Positions 11,142-23,663 of a DNA stretch of 64,000 nt are shown here, piece by piece. The notes under the pieces were generated by a model. The model had not been told where the DNA came from and made no database searches. It saw only the letters and a program-made list of their open reading frames with translations. The DNA lies in the NCBI GenBank assembly GCA_964016885.1, contig OZ024743.1, forward strand, positions 357,492,001 to 357,556,000. Reading direction: 5' to 3'. A program made the translations under genes and the position numbers. Source of the DNA: Eledone cirrhosa. Its lineage: Eukaryota. Numbering within the stretch: the first letter of the stretch is position 1; each line of letters begins with the position of its first letter.

Positions 11142-13260
11142 CCTTGAATCTCAGTCATTGATGTTGGTTAACTGGAAAGTCCGTTGGAATGAATATCAAG
11201 CCACTACCTGCAGCCTCAGATATTCAGGACGTATCGGAGGGTTCTTGCTGTTCCAAGCAAGCATGCCTTTTGAAGCGTTCCAAAAAGCGTGAAGGGGCCG
11301 ATTTTCTTTAACCATCCCTGGAAACTTTTGGAGATAGTCCCCAGTGCGCCTATGACAATCGGGATCACTTTGATTTCATGGCAGTTCCAAATCCTTTTCA
11401 CCTCCCACTTTAGGTCCTGGTATCGGTTAATTTTCTCCCTCTCCTTCTCTTGCACTCTCGTGTCGAACGGGCAGGGCACATCTACAATCAGACACGATCT
11501 TTTTTCTTTGTCCACAACCACCAGGTCAGGTCTATTGTGTTCCAGTTTTTTGTCCGTCTGTATCCTAAAATCCCACAGCACCTTCACCTGATTGTTCTCC
11601 ATCACCGCCTCCGGCCTATGCTCATACCATTTCTCAGAATGTGGTAAATTGTTTACTTTGCACAGGTGCCAGTGGATCACCCTGCCCATCACATCGTGTC
11701 TCCAGCCCTTATAGTGGGTCTGGGCTAGGTGTTTACACTCGGACACAATGTGAGCCACAGTCTCCTCTCTCTCTCCACAGATCCTGCACAGTGGGCTAGC
11801 CTCCTCCTTGTAAATATGGTGCTTCAACCACTTCGTTTTGAGGGCCTGCTCCTGCGCAGCCATTATCATTCCTTCTGTAGCCTTTTTGAGGTCTCCTCTT
11901 CTCAACCAGTTCCATGTCTGTGGATCTCTAAATTCAGTTTTCTCAAAGAAGGTACTATGAAGGGATTTTCCCTTAAGGCTGCTCTTCCTCCTTGATGTTA
12001 TTTCCTCCTTGGACATCCCCTGGCCTACTGTCCCCTCCTTCAGTACAGTTTTGAGCATTGGCTCCTTACTATAGGTCACGTATTTGTATAGGTTGTTTTT
12101 CTCCATCTGAACACAGTCCTCTATGCTGATAAGACCTCTTCCACCCTCAGATCTCCTTAGGTAGAGTCTATCGACATCACTCCTCTTGTGGAACATGTTG
12201 TAGATAGTCAATAGCTTCCTAGTCTTCCTATCCATTTCTTTTTGTTCAGCAACATTCCATCTCAGAATTCCCGCACTGTACCTAATAATAGACACAGCTC
12301 GGGAATTTACTGCGCTTATGGCATTTCTGCTGTTCAGATGTGACTTCAATACGCTCCTTACTCTCCGAATGTATTCAGTTCTTAACAATTCCTTCATTTT
12401 TTTGTTCTTTATGCCATCAGCCTCCAGAACGCCTAAATACTTGTATCCTTCCTCAGAGTCAATTTCCTTTATCATCTCACCTGTTGGTATCTGGATCCCG
12501 CTACTTCTGCTCAACCTACCCCTCCTCATCACAAGGACTCCACATTTGCCAATACCAAACTGCATACATATATCACTGCTGAAAATACGGACAGTGTCAA
12601 CAAGCACATCCAACTCCTTCTCACTTTTCCCGAAGAGCTTAAGATCGTCCATGAAGAGGAGGTGATTGATGGTAAGCTCTCCCCTTCCCAACTTGTATCC
12701 TGCTCTCACTTTTCGCAGCATAATGGTCAAGGGCATTAGGGCAAGGACAAACAACAGAGGGGACAGGCTATCTCCCTGGAAGATACCTCTCTTGATCTTC
12801 ACGCTTCCCAAGGATACTCCAGTTGATGTCAACTCTGTCTCCCAGGACCCCATACTCCTGCCCAGCAACTGTCTGATGTTATCTGCCACCCTGAAGATCT
12901 CCAGGCTTTTGGTGATCCAAGAATGAGGCACCATGTCAAATGCCTTTCTGTAGTCTATCCATCCTATGGCAAGATCAGTGTGTCTCCTCCTGCAATTCCC
13001 CATTACCATCTTATCAATAAGTAACTGGTCCTTTGTACCACGTGACTTCTTTCGGCATCCTTTCTGTTCGTCCGGTAACAAGTTGTTTGTGTGGAGGTAA
13101 TGGTAGATTTCCTCAGACACAATGCTCGTCAACAGTTTCCACATTACGGACAGACATGTGATAGGTCTATAGTTGGTAACATCATTACCCTTGATTCGGT
13201 CTTTCATTATCAGAACTGTGGTACCTTTTGTCAACCACACTGGCACCTCACCCGACACCA
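11142..13260 (-). mobile_element. R4/Dong-like (RLE-type) non-LTR retrotransposon, 5'-truncated
   Basis: RT motifs YRPITCL, KAFDMVPH, GIFQGDSLSP, LFMDD; CRICG..ETVAHIVSEC zinc finger; RHD and PDLVV..D restriction-like endonuclease motifs; bounded by (AAT)n at both ends. Confidence 0.88.
11216..13260 (-). CDS. RT-CCHC-RLE polyprotein, C-terminal ~680 aa uninterrupted
   Basis: Part of ORF 11216..13486; the portion upstream of the poly-Ile run is read-through of the microsatellite and the neighbouring element. Confidence 0.85.
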
Positions 13261-13261
13261 A

Positions 13262-13310
<49 letters not shown>
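13262..13310. repeat. (ATT)n microsatellite between two RLE elements
   Basis: Directly visible. Confidence 0.95.
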
Positions 13311-13311
<1 letters not shown>

Positions 13312-14150
13312 GTAATGCTTTTGATCCGGCAGATGTTATACCGACTCTGCCAAAAGAGCAAGCTATAGCCAATGGCAAAATTTTCCTTTGGGTCATTCCT
13401 TCTCCTTCAACTTTCCAACACCCTTCTTTGAATTCTTGCTGTTCCCAGCAAGGCTGTTTTCTGCAACAATCCTGCCTTGATAGCAATTCCTAGCTTCTGA
13501 AGCCGTGCATCCAACCTTTTACTAACTGCTCCCGGCGTACCAAACACAATCGGTAACACTTCTACGTGTCTGATTCCCTCTTCAGCTCCTGGTATTTCTT
13601 AACTTTCTCACTTTCCTTCACATTCACCCTGTGGTCCCACAGTGAAGCAATATCCACAATACATGCCTTATTCTTTTCTGCGACAACAATGCCAGGCTTT
13701 CTAGCCACAATAAAATGGTCGCACTGGATGGTCATATCCCACAAGATCTTATACTGTTCATTTTCAGCCATCCTTTCCAGTTGGTGTCCATACCATTTCT
13801 CACTTCTGCTCACGCCACACTTATGACAGAGCTTCCAATGAACTAATCTGGCAATGTTGTCATACCTTCACTTCTATTCTTTCTGAGCAAGTATCTTACA
13901 TTCACTAATAATGTGGTTTATTGTCTCACCTCTCTCATCGCACAGCCCACAAAGTAGGGAACTCACTGACTTGTCAATATTGAACTTGATATAGTTCGTT
14001 CTCATTGCCTGTTCCTGGGTTGTGAAAATAAAGACCCCAGTTTCAACTTTTAAGTCACTTTTCCTAGTCCATTCCCAGTTCCTATCTTTGTCAACTGCCT
14101 CAGGCATTTCACGTACGAATTGACCATACATTTTTTCTTCCATCTATTAA
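13311..14150 (-). pseudogene. Older, degenerate R4/Dong-like 3' fragment (zinc finger plus RLE)
   Basis: Fragments WTRKSDLKVET, CGLCDERGETINHIISEC, KILWDMTIQCD, LQKTALLGTARI; short inverted piece at ~14240-14325. Confidence 0.8.
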
Positions 14151-14334
14151 ATTGTCATTGTCTGTCTTTAAATTTTTCTTTGCTTCATCACTGTTTAGGA
14201 CCTTTATCTTTTTTACTCCTGTATTACTAATGATTGTAATATGCTTGCTCAGAAAGAGAACAAGATAAGGCACGACAACATTGTCAGATAAGGTCATTGG
14301 AAGCTCTGTCATAAGTATGACATAAGCAGAATGT

Positions 14335-14420
14335 AGCAAGGATGGCTCGAGTGAATGGGCCTACTCTGATCGTGTGCCTGTAGGCTGAAGGGTTTAGAGT
14401 GAAGAGGAGCACCCTCCCAT
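14335..14420 (+). mobile_element. Diverged fragment of the Tx1-like ORF2 3' end
   Basis: agcaaggatggctcgagtgaatgggcctactctga resembles the end of ORF2 (agcaagaatggcccgagtgaatgggcctactctga). Confidence 0.6.
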
Positions 14421-14834
14421 GGTATTCTTGGTGAGTAGGGTGATTTAATCGACTTTCCCCCTTCCTTTCAAATTGGTAGCCTTGTGCCAAAACAGTAAAT
14501 CATGTTTGCTTTGCTCCAAGATGTAAGCATTTACAACTCATCCACCTCCAACAACATCTTCTTCGCCCCTGACTGTCGCAGCAGCAACAAGAAAAGCAAT
14601 GAAGCTAAGGTTTTTGGCGATAGCGACAACAACAATCCACTGTGGTTTGTTCAAATCTACACGCGCACTTTAGATATCTAAGCGACACCAGTCAGATACT
14701 TGGAACACTCTCACATAATTCCTGCTTGCATCGAAGATGCATTTAAATCACCTCTTAACACTAATTATCGTGAAGTTTCAAGGGATTCCTCAAGACCTCT
14801 AAAAAAGAAAATGAAAACAAACCGTCCAATTAAT

Positions 14835-15008
14835 GTCGGTAGAGGGTCGGACGCCATGCTTTGCAGCATAGAGTTACGGTCCTTTACGGTGTGAGTTCAA
14901 ATCCCGCTGAGGTTAAATTTACCTTTCACCCTTACGGGGTCGATAAAATAAAGTACCAGTAATGCACTGGGATAATTGCTGACCTTGTACCAAAAATAGA
15001 AACAATTA
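14835..15008 (+). mobile_element. tRNA-derived SINE (central domain resembling MetaSINE/MESC type)
   Basis: B-box-like GAGTTCAAATCC followed by cctttcacccttacggggtcgataaaataaagtaccagt; paralogous copies at 17109-17293 and 45417-45600. Confidence 0.75.
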
Positions 15009-15449
15009 TGATTTATAGTTGTTTTTATTTATTTATTTGAAAAATATTTTTATTTCGAAAAAAAGTTCCGCCGTTTGTTTAACTATATTTTTTCTATCTA
15101 TTTATCTTTCGACAAATTTGCTTTTATGCGTATACTTCACTATGTATTTTGCTCTACGAATATGTTTGCCAACCAATTTGTTTTTCGCCCAATATGTATT
15201 TCAATGAATCTACATTTGCCAAATGTTTTTCGACTACTAAATACACTAATAAGTATCTGCTTTTTCAATGTTCTGTGTTAAGAGTATATCGTTTTGATGT
15301 CATGCCTTGCCAGGGTCCCATAACTCCCGATGGAGTCGTAAGCATGTATACCTGACAGAGTCCACCATTTTCCATATTTGAATACAGCCAATTTATTCCA
15401 GAGAAAGAGCAAGGGGGAGAGAAAAAGGGCAAGAATCGATGTCAGTTTT

Positions 15450-15575
15450 GGATTTTCACTTTATTTATCGACCTCAACATTATGAAAGATAAAGCTGATC
15501 ACTGTGTGATTTGAACTCAGAGCGCAGAAAGTCGGAGCACGGTTATGGCATTCCAACGACTCTGCCAATTCGCTG
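15450..15575 (-). mobile_element. Degenerate SINE copy (related family)
   Basis: Reverse complement of gagttcaaatc...ggtcgataaataaag; a similar relic lies at ~15860-15990. Confidence 0.5.
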
Positions 15576-16569
15576 TCTCTTTGTGTTTTATACGCCGAAG
15601 GGAAAATGCAAATCTGTCAAAAAAACACCATAAAGTTTGGTGAAAATAAAAGGTAACATGTTCAGAATATCTCGTTTTTTTTCCAAATGAAAGGAAACTT
15701 TTTCATCCACTCTGAAAACTGTTAAATTAACCCAAATCCTCAAAGCTGTCAAAGGTTTCCTAATTTCTAACAAAAGCAGAAAGGTAGAAACATTTTTGTA
15801 GTTTTGTAGAGACGGAGAGGATAATAGGTGATTAAATCGACTGCTGCATATAACTAACAACTAGTACTTTATTTTATCGACTATGGAAGGATGAAAGGTA
15901 AGGTTGACCTCAAAGGAGTTTGAACTCATATATAAAGAGCCACTCAGTACAAAGACATTTTTTTCCGAATCTATAACGATTCTGCCAATAATGGAGTGGA
16001 TGGATCGGTGGGATTCGGGTAACTGTTAGAATAAAGAATAAATTTAAAGTTAAGTTATATGTAGCAGCAGCAATAGCTAAATATCGCGTTTATCTCACAG
16101 CAAACATTTCTTTCTAAGAACTAAGTTTGCTCCTATTTGCAGATGAAATGGGCGGAGGTGATGAAAAGTACTACATATGCAGTAATTGGTTTGGACTGAA
16201 CTATTGAAATTCGTAAAGATGTTTGTATTGTTTATTCTTTATTTTTGTTTTGTTTTACTGTTCTTTTTTCTGATGTTGACTTTTTGTTTTTATCATTATT
16301 ATTATTATCTTTTTTTGGGTTTCGTTAATGAAGATCATTATTTCTCATGAACTTAAACTTTCTCTGCTTCTCTGTTTCCCGTCTCTACATCTCATCCTCT
16401 TCGCCTCTTCCTCTCTCTCTCCCGACATTTATTGCCATTTCTTTCTTGCTCCCACACTTCCCTCATTCCATTACACCATTTTCTGCCTTATATATATATA
16501 TATATATATATATACGGTGTATATATATATATGTCTATCTACCCGATCTATCTATCCATCTATCTATCT

Positions 16570-16890
<321 letters not shown>

Positions 16891-16957
16891 GTTTGTCATC
16901 ACTTTCACCATATCTCTGATAGACACAAGTACCCAAATATTTATAGATGGGAAATGT

Positions 16958-17108
16958 CAATTTTTCATTGTTATTTTTTTTGTTACATCCTGTTTTTGTT
17001 TTTTACACGCAGAAATGCCCATTTGTACCGTCCTGTATTGTCCTGCACTGTCCTTAATGTCTACTTTATGTAAACCCTTGTGGTTAATAAAGAAATCATT
17101 ATTATTAT
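16958..17108 (+). mobile_element. Solo 3' end (severely 5'-truncated copy) of the Tx1-like element, B-like
   Basis: Matches the 3'UTR through AATAAAGAAATC(ATT)n. Confidence 0.9.
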
Positions 17109-17293
17109 CGGATTGGCAGTATCGGTAGAGGGTCGGATGCCATGCTTTGAAGCATAGAGTTACCTCCCTGTATGATCTGAGTTCAAATCCCGCCGAGGTT
17201 AACTTTGCCTTTCATCCTTCCGGGGTCGATAAAATAAAGTACCAGTAATGCACTGGGTAATTGCTGGCCTTGTGCCAAAAGTAGAAACAATTA
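17109..17293 (+). mobile_element. tRNA-derived SINE
   Basis: Same family as 14835-15008. Confidence 0.78.
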
Positions 17294-17324
17294 TCACTGT
17301 TATCATTATTATTATTATTATTGT

Positions 17325-17451
17325 TCTTTGAGTCTCAGTCATTGATGTTAGTTAACTGGAAAGTTTGTTGAAATGAATATCAAGCCACTACCTGCAGCCT
17401 CAGATATTCAGGACGTATCGGAGGGTTCTTGCTGTTCCCACCAAGCATGCC

Positions 17452-17455
<4 letters not shown>
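17325..17455 (-). mobile_element. Short 3' end of the R4/Dong-like element
   Basis: Matches 11142-11270; flanked by (ATT)n on both sides. Confidence 0.88.

Positions 17456-17520
<65 letters not shown>
17456..17520. repeat. (TTA)n immediately 5' of copy 3
   Basis: Directly visible. Confidence 0.95.
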
Positions 17521-17728
17521 GGCGACCTACGAAGTACATCGTATCATCGTGAGCTCCGCAAAGGTTTGTTATTTCCGTTTGTTAAAAATTGCCATTTATG
17601 GAAAATTTTATTGTTAACTATTTATAAGCACATATACATTGTTTTCCGAAAAGGACACCCAAAAAGATTGGGGCCTTGTGCCCAAAATTTTAACTTTTAT
17701 TATTATCCAAAAATTTCTTTGAAAAAAA

Positions 17729-19724
17729 ATGGCTAATTCCCCTCTGCACGAAGCAGCTGAAAGCCTTCCTCACAAAATAACACCTCACACCGACACCACC
17801 ATTGTAAATGTTACTACGTTTGCCAACACAAAAAAAAATATAAGCAGTAGCAATATTTTAAATTTGTCTCAGGCAGACATTCATTTCCCGCCATTACCAA
17901 TGACTGCAGGTGTTAAAGCCTCCACCACCACCACCACCGTGACAACCACCACCCCCAAAACCACCGCGACAACAGAAACAAAAGAAGAAAAAAATAAATT
18001 AACTCGTGATGTCGAAATGAAATCAAGCAAAATGGACTCTTCCGCACCAAAGACGAATGACGTCACCAACACCACAACTGAAACAAAAATTAAGATTAAC
18101 ACAAATAACGATAGCAACAACAACAACAATGACATTATAAAACCGACCCTCAGTTTCGCCATCGTAGCAAAACAATTCGAAGCGTTCACGGTAACTCAAG
18201 AAGATATAGAAAATGCCAAACAAATGGTAAAGAAAGATGGGTACAGGGTCAGCCTCCCCCCCCCCACCTAATAAAATGGAGCATCGGCGCCTGTGCACCG
18301 TGTCGTATAGAACAATAAATGTAAAATCGCGCCGAGTGGAACGGGCATCCGAGTCCCAAATCCAAAAAGCTTTGGGACATGTGTGGGCAAGAAAAACCCA
18401 CATCAGACGTGGGCAAAAGTATGGAACCGTGGATGTGTTCTTTGAAACACCAGAGGAGGCTAGAGAACACTCCATGGCCCCATTAAAAAGTGACGACCTC
18501 ACACTCGTCCCAAGCTATTGTGGCCAGAGACTCGTAAAGATCAGGGTGACCCACGTTCCACCGGCCATCGAAATTCCCTGGCTAATAGCGGCTGTCATCG
18601 CCGGCATCGAGGCCAACACGAAAATAATAACAATAGCAAAAGAAAAGCAGGAAAACTGGTCCGGATCTGGGATGGAGCTCCTGATCCAAGCGGACCAAAA
18701 AAGCATTGAGGAGATCCCAGAGGTAATAGACCTCACTGACGGCAGCCACCTCACGGTAATTGTCGAGGGCAGAAGACCTAGGTGTGTCGTTTGTGGTGAA
18801 GGAACCCACCTAAGGGCTTTCTGCCCTCAGGCTAAAAGGTTGAGGCCACCTCTCCTACCCACCCCAGTGACACAACCATCAACACCACCAGTAGCAGAGA
18901 TGCCAGCAACAACTGTAGCAGCAACAACAGAAGCAACTATAACAGCAACAACCCCAGCAACAGTAGCAAAACCAACACCACTACCACCACCAGCAAAACC
19001 AACACCACCACCACCCAACGCTTCAGAACTAGCACCAGCGCCTACACCATCCACCACACCACAACCAAAACTAACGGCTGTGGAGGATTTTCCACTCCCC
19101 GGCCTATCACAACTGGAGACAGATTGTGACGACGAGGAGTGGGAAACGATATCCGGAAAAAAAAAAAGAAACCAAAAAAGAAAAAATTCTCTTCCTTCCC
19201 CCTCCAAAAACAAAATACAGAGGGAAACAAATAAACTAAGAAACAAAAAAGTTAGGACAGATATGCCACCATCCACACCAGCATCACCAACCCCATCAAC
19301 CCAAATACCAACACCATCACCATCATTAACTCCAACACCACCATCACCTACACCACAAAAGTCACCAAAATGCGAAACAGAAACAAACCCACAACAAACG
19401 CAAACAAAACAAAACAACCAAAACGATACACACTACACAGCATTAAATTTGAACAACAAGCAATTATTGCACTACATCCAACACAACACCAGCATCACAG
19501 AAAAAGACTACACAACAACCCCAAAATTCACACCACCTCCACACATACAAATCACTCGCATCACACAGAAAACGTACATGACACTAAAACAAAAATTCCC
19601 CAAAGACATCGGAGACTTCCGACAAGCACTCTCCAGGAGGATTTATAAGGACATCCTTCCTGAGGAGGCCACAAGCAGTGAAAAGGATGGAAAAACCGTC
19701 CTTTCCCTACGAGAAGTAAGGTAA
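17729..19724 (+). pseudogene. ORF1 type A, frameshifted around a poly-C run (~18255-18266)
   Basis: ORFs 17729..18271 and 18237..19724 overlap at the homopolymer; SFAIVAKQFE aligns with type B SFAGIAKNLE; may be a sequencing error. Confidence 0.82.
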
Positions 19725-19758
19725 GTGGTCTTTCCCATCTTTTCCACTCCTTTTCAAC

Positions 19759-22700
19759 ATGACCTCACTCAGAATAGGCAGCATAAATGCGCGTGGCTTG
19801 GGGTCGTCATGGAAGCAGGGCCACCTGCTCAACGACCTCAGGTCACTAAACATAGATGTAGTGGCCATCAGCGAGACCAGAATCTCCGAAGCACAGGCTT
19901 TCGCACCGATCTTCGGCGGCTACGATGTGTACGCATCTCCCAGCCGTCCGGGATCGGGAGGAGGAGTTGCTGTGCTTTTTCGGAGAGGTTTGGATCTTGC
20001 CATACGGGCCATCTTCCTGGACCCAGAAGGTAAGTTGGTGGTGCTGGACGTGACCAGCGGAGACGGGCAAGCTTTCAGGTTAGTGGCCGTCTATGCCCCG
20101 ACAGGAGCAGGGCGGCCTGATTTCTTCCGGCGTCTGGAGACCTTTCTTGGAACGTCCCGCTCTTTAGTGTTAGTGGGCGACTGGAACGGGATCTTAGATG
20201 CACGCTGGGATTGTGTGGGATTAGTGGATAGGGAAGGAGGGTGCAAGAGTCTCACCAACCTGCTCAGACGTTTTGAACTGTCTGACAGGTACCGAATGGA
20301 TTTCCCGAATGTACCAATGTGGACTTGGACAACCGCATAGGGTTGATCATATCTAGATAGAGTATTTTGTAGGGAAATAGATAGGTCTAGCATAGGCTGT
20401 CCACAATTCAAGATAGTCAGCTACACGGACCACAAATTCGTGATCTGTGTGCTTGACTTAGATAGGCTTCATAGACGAGGACCCGGCTACTGGAAGCTAA
20501 ACGCGTCCTTACCAGCGCGCAAGGCCTACAGAGACCGGATTAGCGAACTAGTTAAGCGGGGGTTGACGGGGGCCATCGTCAACAACAAGTGGTGGTTTGC
20601 TCTGAAAAGAGCAATTAGAATAGAGTCCATTAGGTTTAGTAAGACTTTAGCAATAGAGAAAAATAGAGCAGAGGGAGAATTAGTTAGAAAATTAGATGAG
20701 GCGCTTAGCAAAGGCATCGTGACCGACGTACTTGCGGCGAAATTGGCCCTTGACCAATTCTTCAATGCAAAGCACGAAGGCTGCGTTGTCAGAGCTAGGG
20801 TGCGTGCTCTCAGACACGAGGGGACGAAAGCCGTTCAATGGGCCCGAGTGGCGGAGACGCGTCGTGGCAACAAAGCCACGATCCGGTCTTTGGTGGACCA
20901 CGACGGGTGCATGCTACTCGATCCCCGTCAAATGTGTGAAGCTTTTCAGCGACACTTCGCTCAACTGTTCGGGGGCAGTGGCGGGCCGGATCGAGGGATG
21001 GACTTTAGTGTCTACCTCGACGGACTGCCGCGGCTTTCGGCCACTGAGGCGGAGTGTTGCGAAAAGCCGATAACAACCGCTGAAGTACGGGATGCAATGA
21101 CTAGTTGCACAAGGGGTAAATCGCCTGGTTTGGATGGTCTGCCCTATGAACTTTACGTACAAATGCCAAACTTGTTCGGAGGCCTCTTGTCGGACGTCTA
21201 CTGCAACTGGCAACAGAACGGGAGAATTCCCAGCTCTGTGAGCCGAGGAGCGGTGGCGCTGCTGAGAAAGGATCCGAACAAGGGGGATAACATAGATAAT
21301 TTTAGGCCCATAACTCTGCTAAACACAGAGTTCAAGATTTTGGCCAAGGTGCTAGCAAAGAGGTTGGCGCTTGTCGTTGGTGGTCTGGTGGGAGAGGCAC
21401 AGACATGCGCCATTCCCGACAGATCCATCCACGACAACCTCCACCTCATGCGATACATCGTAGAGAGGGTAGCTAGGGAACCTGGCACGGGTGGGTCTTT
21501 GATCAATTTAGATCAGTCGAAAGCCTTCGATAGGGTCGACCATCGTTACCTAGCGGCAGTCCTGAGGGCGGCTGGCTTTGGGCCCGTCTTCAGAGGCTGG
21601 ATCGCTGCCATGCACGGCGACATCTGCTCTGTAGTGAGAGTGAACGGTCACCTTTCGGAACCGTTCAACATCATGCGCTCGGTCCGCCAAGGATGTCCCC
21701 TCTCGTCCCTATTGTACGCATTGACTCTCGAGCCATTACTGCACAAACTGGAGACGTTGAGGGGGGTCCCGCGCGAACTAGGATGCGGAAGATCCGTGTC
21801 AGCATATGCCGACGATGTCACCGTAGTGGTGTCGAACGCCAAACACATCGAGGCGATCGGCACTACACTAAGAGAATACGAAGCGGTGACAGGAGCAATG
21901 ATAAACCAGGAAAAGTCAGTGGGCCTGCAGCTCGGCACCTGGAGAGGCAGGTCCATGCCGTCCAACAGCGTCGTCGGGCGCTGGACGGACGGACCGGTTA
22001 AATTGCTAGGGGTCTGGTTCGGTCCAGACCTCCAGACGGACAAAATCTGGGACGAGGTGACGAGCAGGGTGGCTTCTCTCACCCAGAAATGGGCGGAGAG
22101 GAAGCTATCCCTGAAAGGTCGAGAGGAGGTAGCGAATGCGTACATCGCATCCGTCATCTACTACCGCCTGACCGTCGTACCTTGTCCTAAGCCCCGCCTG
22201 ACTGCGCTGGAGCGTTTGCTCTTTCGCTTCTTGTGGAAGGGACGCGCTCCGATGGTCAGGCGGTCCATCTGCTGTCAACACCCGCTACGTGGAGGGCTGG
22301 GCATGCCGTGGCTGATGATGCGCAGGCACGCGCTCAGGCTACGACATCTCCACCTCTTCCTCGACGGTGATCAGGTGTGGGCGCCGTTTGCAAGACACGT
22401 TTTTCCCAAGCTCGTCTCCTTGACGGAGCTACAGTCCTGGGTCAAGCGAAGACCGAGAGGGAGCGCTTGGAGACTGGAATGTCTTCAGGCGCTCACAGCC
22501 CTCGACCAATCGGGCAATGTGATCGGTGGAAACTCCACCTTGGCGTTCTATAGGGGATTAGTGGAGGGGAAGAGCGACGACGTACTTGGAGAAACTCTAG
22601 GCGTCGACGAAAATCAACTAGCCAACCTCTTCGGAAGGACTTTCGGGCCGGGGCCTATCGACAACTTCCAGAAATCCCTGGCCTGGCAGTGCTACCGAGG

Positions 22701-23172
22701 AGCTTTGCCAGTTCGGGATAAACTCTACAGGCATGGAGGTGCCGTCAGCCGGGCATGTCCGAGATGCGCGCAGGGCGACGAAACCGTCCTGCTCGCACTC
22801 GTCCAGTGTCCGAGTATTGCTGACTTGTGGGTTTATGTCGAACACCTGCTGTCACGTGTAGGACGGATCCAGCTATCAGCTGAGTCCATCGTGAGGATTG
22901 CCCCGCCCCCTTCCTTTAGCCTGGAAGGGCAGGCAGTTTTTATCTGTCTGGTGGCCATGGCGAAAGAGATAGTATGGTGGACACGTTTGAAAGGGCTGAA
23001 GACGAGCACTTACCTCTTCGGTGATGCCCTGATTAACTTTTTCAAATTTCATTTGAAAAGGAAAATCAGGGTAGAGAGGGAAGTGCTCTCTTCCCAGCAT
23101 TTTGTTGAAAGTTGGGTGAGAGAAGCAAGTATGGCCCGAATGAATGGGCCTTCTCTGAGTATGTGTCTGTAA
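19759..23172 (+). pseudogene. ORF2 (APE-RT), disrupted by small deletions at ~20331-20347
   Basis: 193-aa and 910-aa pieces collinear with intact copy 5. Confidence 0.9.
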
Positions 23173-23416
23173 ATTAAAGGTGGAAAACTGGGAGAGGGCA
23201 CTTGCCCTGGTGGTCAGGGCCACTGTGGTCTTTTAATGGGCTTTCTCCACAAATGTCCCTTGGAAGTCTCCCCCCCTATTGGGAATTTTTTCTTTGTTAT
23301 TTTATTTCAACCTCTGTTTTTTTTACACGCAGAAATGCCCATTTGTACCGTCCTGTATTGTCCTGTACTGTCCTTAATGTATGCTTTATGTGAACCCTTG
23401 TGGTTAATAAAGAAAA

Positions 23417-23447
<31 letters not shown>

Positions 23448-23663
23448 GAATGCCATGGTTGACGGAGGCTCGGCTCTGTAAGGTATAGTAATTTTTAACC
23501 GTTAAAACAATTGTAAATTGTTTAAAACTTGAACCAAATTGTTGATAAAGACACCCTCCTCCTCGTGAGAGGGGTCTTTCTGTCCGTTATTTGGCCCTTC
23601 GGGGTTAAATAACCAGTTATTGGGGTTTTGTACCCAAAATTTCATTTTAAACAAAAAAACAAC

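Larger units (their letters stand above)
17521..23417 (+). mobile_element. L1/Tx1-like retrotransposon, subfamily A, copy 3 (full length)
   Basis: A-type 5'UTR starting GGCGACCTAC, then ORF1, ORF2, 3'UTR and (ATT)10. Confidence 0.92.

Noticed and set aside
13261-13486. N-terminal extension and poly-Ile run of the 756-aa minus-strand ORF
   Set aside because: Read-through of the (AAT)n repeat and the 3' end of the adjacent older element; not part of the protein.
14835-15008. tRNA gene suggested by GTTCAAATCC
   Set aside because: No full cloverleaf; continues into a SINE body that is repeated several times.
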